Shown here piece after piece: positions 13,681 through 16,151 of a stretch of 16,151 nt of DNA. Numbering within the stretch: the first letter of the stretch is position 1; each line of letters opens with the position of its first letter. The stretch is from positions 1-16,151 of the forward strand of contig JAWBSP010000023.1 of NCBI GenBank assembly GCA_038842485.1, read 5' to 3'. A model generated the notes under the pieces. That model was not told the origin of the DNA. It did no database searches and was given only the letters and a program-made list of their open reading frames with translations. Position numbers and translations under genes: made by a program. The DNA is from Candidatus Hadarchaeales archaeon (lineage in GTDB: Archaea; Hadarchaeota; Hadarchaeia; Hadarchaeales; JAWBSP01).

Positions 13681-15762
13681 TCAACCCCATTTCATCTTGT
13701 CGATGGTGGAGCAGAGGCCCTCCAAGGCAGAGGCGAACTCGGCCTGCGTGGGCTCCTTCTGGCTGAACATGCACTTCTCGTAAACCTTGACGAACGCCTC
13801 GAAATCCTCCCGCGGGAAGCCCTCAAACTTCCTGGCGAGCTCGGAGGCCACCTCCCTCGCCGTCTGGTTGACCCTCACCTCGTAGAGCCCCGCCCCCATC
13901 AGCATGCCAAGGAACTGGTGGTAGGCCGCGATGATGCCGTCCTTGTAGCGCTTGGCGGAGGAAAACTCTTCCAGCATCTTCCTCATGCTGGTGGAGGGCA
14001 GGGGTGCTTCCTCCTTCTTCTTCCTCCTGAAGATGAGCAGCAGGGGGAGAGCGACCGCTGGGGCAAGGAGCATCATCCGCCACGGGAACTCCTCGGAGAT
14101 CTCCTCCACCACCTCAAAGGTGTGATTGGTAGATTTAGAGGGCATGTATCCCCAGCTCGGGGGAGGATCGAAGCAAGTCTGAACCGAGTGCCTCCCGGGT
14201 GCGAGATCCTGGGTGGGAAGGCTCAGCCTGTAGTTTCCCCGATTGTCGGTGGCGGTGGAGCCGGCGGGCTGGCCGTCCAGCAGGAGGGTTATGGTCTTGC
14301 CCCCCACCCCCTCACCGAGATCGTCTAGGAGCTGGCCCCTGAGTTCTAGGTGCTCACCCTTGGACACTTTGGAGCGGCTTAGGTGGAGGCTGAGTCCGGT
14401 CTCGGAGTAGAGGAGGAAGGGAAGGATGTTGTCGGCCTCCAGCGATCCCTCCCTAAAGGTGGCGCTCAGGTAGCGGGTTCCAACCCTTTCTGTGCGCGGG
14501 AAAGTGTAGGTGGCGGTGGCGGGCTCCACCCTGGTGAGGAGGGTGGTAAGGCCCCTCCAAGTTGAGGTGTCTAGAATTCTGACCTCCCTCCCGGCTAGGG
14601 GAAATCCCTGCCAGGTCAGCCGAACCGTGAAGCTCACGTTCTCCCCCCTTCGTCCATTCTCGGGGCTGATCCAGAACTCGAGTTTGGGCTTGGGTTCTTC
14701 CTCCTCGGGGGGAGGGTTGTAGGTGTTGGGGGGATACTCGAGGGGGAGGTGGGTCGGTCCCTCCCCCGGCGGTGTGGCATCGAAGTAGACCCAGCCATAG
14801 GGGGGGAAGTAAGCCTCCACTTGGGCGTGTCCGGGAGGCGTGTACAGCAGCTTGTTTCCAACTTGTTGGGTCGGGTGGTAGCCGAAGACCATGCGGGCTG
14901 GGATACCCAAGCACCTCAGCAGGACGGCCAGGGTGGTGTTGGCGTGAAAACAGTGCCCCTGTCTGGCTTGAAGGTAGGTCCAGGCTGCGTCCCTCTCAAT
15001 GGTTCGTGTTAGGGGTCCGTAGGTGAAGCCCGTCTTCAGATACTCCACCACCCTCATGGCTTGGCGGTAGGGGCCCAAGCTCGGGTTTCTTAGGTTCTCG
15101 GCAACCTCTCTGACCTCTTCCGGAAGGGAGAGGGGGAGCTGCAGGCACTTTTCCCTTATCTCAGCGGGGGCGCCCTCGAGATCCTCCCAGCCGACCATCT
15201 CCAGCATCTGGGGGGAGGGGAAGGGGTGGAAGCTGGTGCTGTACCTAATCGTGGCTGGGGTTTTGGTTCTAAGCCTGAAGGTGCCGGCGAATTCGTCCCT
15301 CAGTAGCTCGAAGCTGGTTACTGGATTGGTGAGGAAGTTGAAGACCTTTGAGGTGGAGGAGGGGACGGGCAGGGAGATTTCCCCGCCAGCCGTCTCCAGT
15401 TCCACTTGGAGGGTGTATGGGGCGCTCTCGGCTTCGGGCTCGACCCGGGGGCCGGCGGTGGTCTTCTGCCATTCGGTCCCCGTGTAGTAGTCGGCCGTGT
15501 CTATCTTCATGAAGAGGACCGGACTGGTGGGTTCCACGGTGAAGAGAACCGCGGGTGAGCCCTGGGGGACCTCGTTTTCGCCAGAGGGGATGTGCCACTC
15601 GTTGGAGGAAGGAGGAAGAACGGTGTTTTCGGGTCCCCAGGGTGAAGAGCCAGGTCCACCTCCCCCGCCGGGACCGTACTCAGGAGGGGCCCCCTCGAAC
15701 GGGAGCTCGTAGGCAAGGACGGCTGGGAACAGGAGAAGCAGGAGGAGAGCGGGCCACCTCAT
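13681..15762 (-). CDS. Secreted, membrane-anchored transglutaminase-like protein with Ig-like domains and DUF4129-like C-terminus
   Basis: Signal peptide; DYYTGTEW; triad motifs GHCFHANT, LLRCLGIPARMVFGY, HAQVEAY..PYGWVYFDATP; beta-rich repeats; TM followed by RRKKK; QTARE...YEKCMFS. Confidence 0.88.
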   Translation of the reverse strand: MRWPALLLLLLFPAVLAYELPFEGAPPEYGPGGGGGPGSSPWGPENTVLPPSSNEWHIPSGENEVPQGSPAVLFTVEPTSPVLFMKIDTADYYTGTEWQKTTAGPRVEPEAESAPYTLQVELETAGGEISLPVPSSTSKVFNFLTNPVTSFELLRDEFAGTFRLRTKTPATIRYSTSFHPFPSPQMLEMVGWEDLEGAPAEIREKCLQLPLSLPEEVREVAENLRNPSLGPYRQAMRVVEYLKTGFTYGPLTRTIERDAAWTYLQARQGHCFHANTTLAVLLRCLGIPARMVFGYHPTQQVGNKLLYTPPGHAQVEAYFPPYGWVYFDATPPGEGPTHLPLEYPPNTYNPPPEEEEPKPKLEFWISPENGRRGENVSFTVRLTWQGFPLAGREVRILDTSTWRGLTTLLTRVEPATATYTFPRTERVGTRYLSATFREGSLEADNILPFLLYSETGLSLHLSRSKVSKGEHLELRGQLLDDLGEGVGGKTITLLLDGQPAGSTATDNRGNYRLSLPTQDLAPGRHSVQTCFDPPPSWGYMPSKSTNHTFEVVEEISEEFPWRMMLLAPAVALPLLLIFRRKKKEEAPLPSTSMRKMLEEFSSAKRYKDGIIAAYHQFLGMLMGAGLYEVRVNQTAREVASELARKFEGFPREDFEAFVKVYEKCMFSQKEPTQAEFASALEGLCSTIDKMKWG

Positions 15763-15789
15763 TCTTATCGTTGGAAACGAAACAAGAAA

Positions 15790-16151
15790 ATGAGGGGTTG
15801 CTGGGCTCTAGCCACTCTTCTCTTTTTCACCTTGGTGGGCGTGGTCCAGGCCAGAACCGTCACTCTAATCTCGCAAGCGGACACCTACGTGGACAACTCG
15901 AACCCCGATAGTTCATTTGGGTCTTTCAGCTCCCTGCTGGTTGAGAACTCCGGTGATGTGAGCAGGTTGGGTTACCTCATGTTCTACCTGAACGAGATAC
16001 CCTCAACCGCGGAGATCTTCTCGGCCAAGCTGTATCTTTACCGCTCTTACCCCTCTTCCTCCCTGCCACCAGTGCACAGGGTTGCCCAGACCGTCTCGGA
16101 GAGCATGACTTGGAACACCAATCCAGGCTATCTCCCCGGGTGGTATGCCAG
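15790..16151 (+). CDS. Secreted DNRLRE/disaggregatase-related domain protein; 3'-truncated by window
   Basis: Absent from the ORF track because it has no stop in the window. MRGCWALATLLFFTLVGVVQA signal peptide, then ADTYVDNSNPDSSFG...LLV...GYLMFYL..IP..AEIFSAKLYLY...SESMTWNTNP. Confidence 0.8.
   Translation, partial: MRGCWALATLLFFTLVGVVQARTVTLISQADTYVDNSNPDSSFGSFSSLLVENSGDVSRLGYLMFYLNEIPSTAEIFSAKLYLYRSYPSSSLPPVHRVAQTVSESMTWNTNPGYLPGWYA

Noticed and set aside
236-15911. Numerous antisense and alternate-frame ORFs inside the major genes
   Set aside because: Shadow ORFs expected in GC-rich DNA; low-complexity Pro/Arg/Gly/Ser products without motifs.

Overview
This is an archaeal-looking window (inference from AGG-rich Arg usage, TATA boxes about 25 bp upstream of starts, GGTGA-type SD and archaeal gene families). 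Two GC-rich, tightly packed blocks flank a more AT-rich accessory island of about 6 kb. The left block (+) holds a partial membrane-anchored protein, a small membrane protein and a GH36 Sip1/raffinose-synthase-family alpha-galactosidase. The right block (-) is a MoxR-type operon: secreted transglutaminase-like protein, DUF4350-like, MoxR, DUF58/vWA and two membrane proteins. It lies head-to-head, only 27 bp away, with a partial secreted DNRLRE-like protein. The island (~3043-9039) holds an aspartyl-protease-fold protein with Asn at the catalytic Asp position and a heptad-repeat protein frameshifted inside a 21-bp tandem array. It also holds an N-terminal relic of a COG1672 ATPase, a decayed AbrB-VapC pair, two divergent COG1373 (AAA_14+DUF4143) ATPases and an orphan Cas2/VapD-like gene. 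The most striking unexplained signals are (i) three CGAACGTTCG palindromes around the Cas2-like gene, two of which encode 'ANVR' at the start of consecutive ORFs, and (ii) a different pair of palindromic boxes at the promoter of each ATPase gene. No CRISPR array, tRNA, rRNA, integrase or transposase was seen. All family calls come from motif recognition, not database searches.
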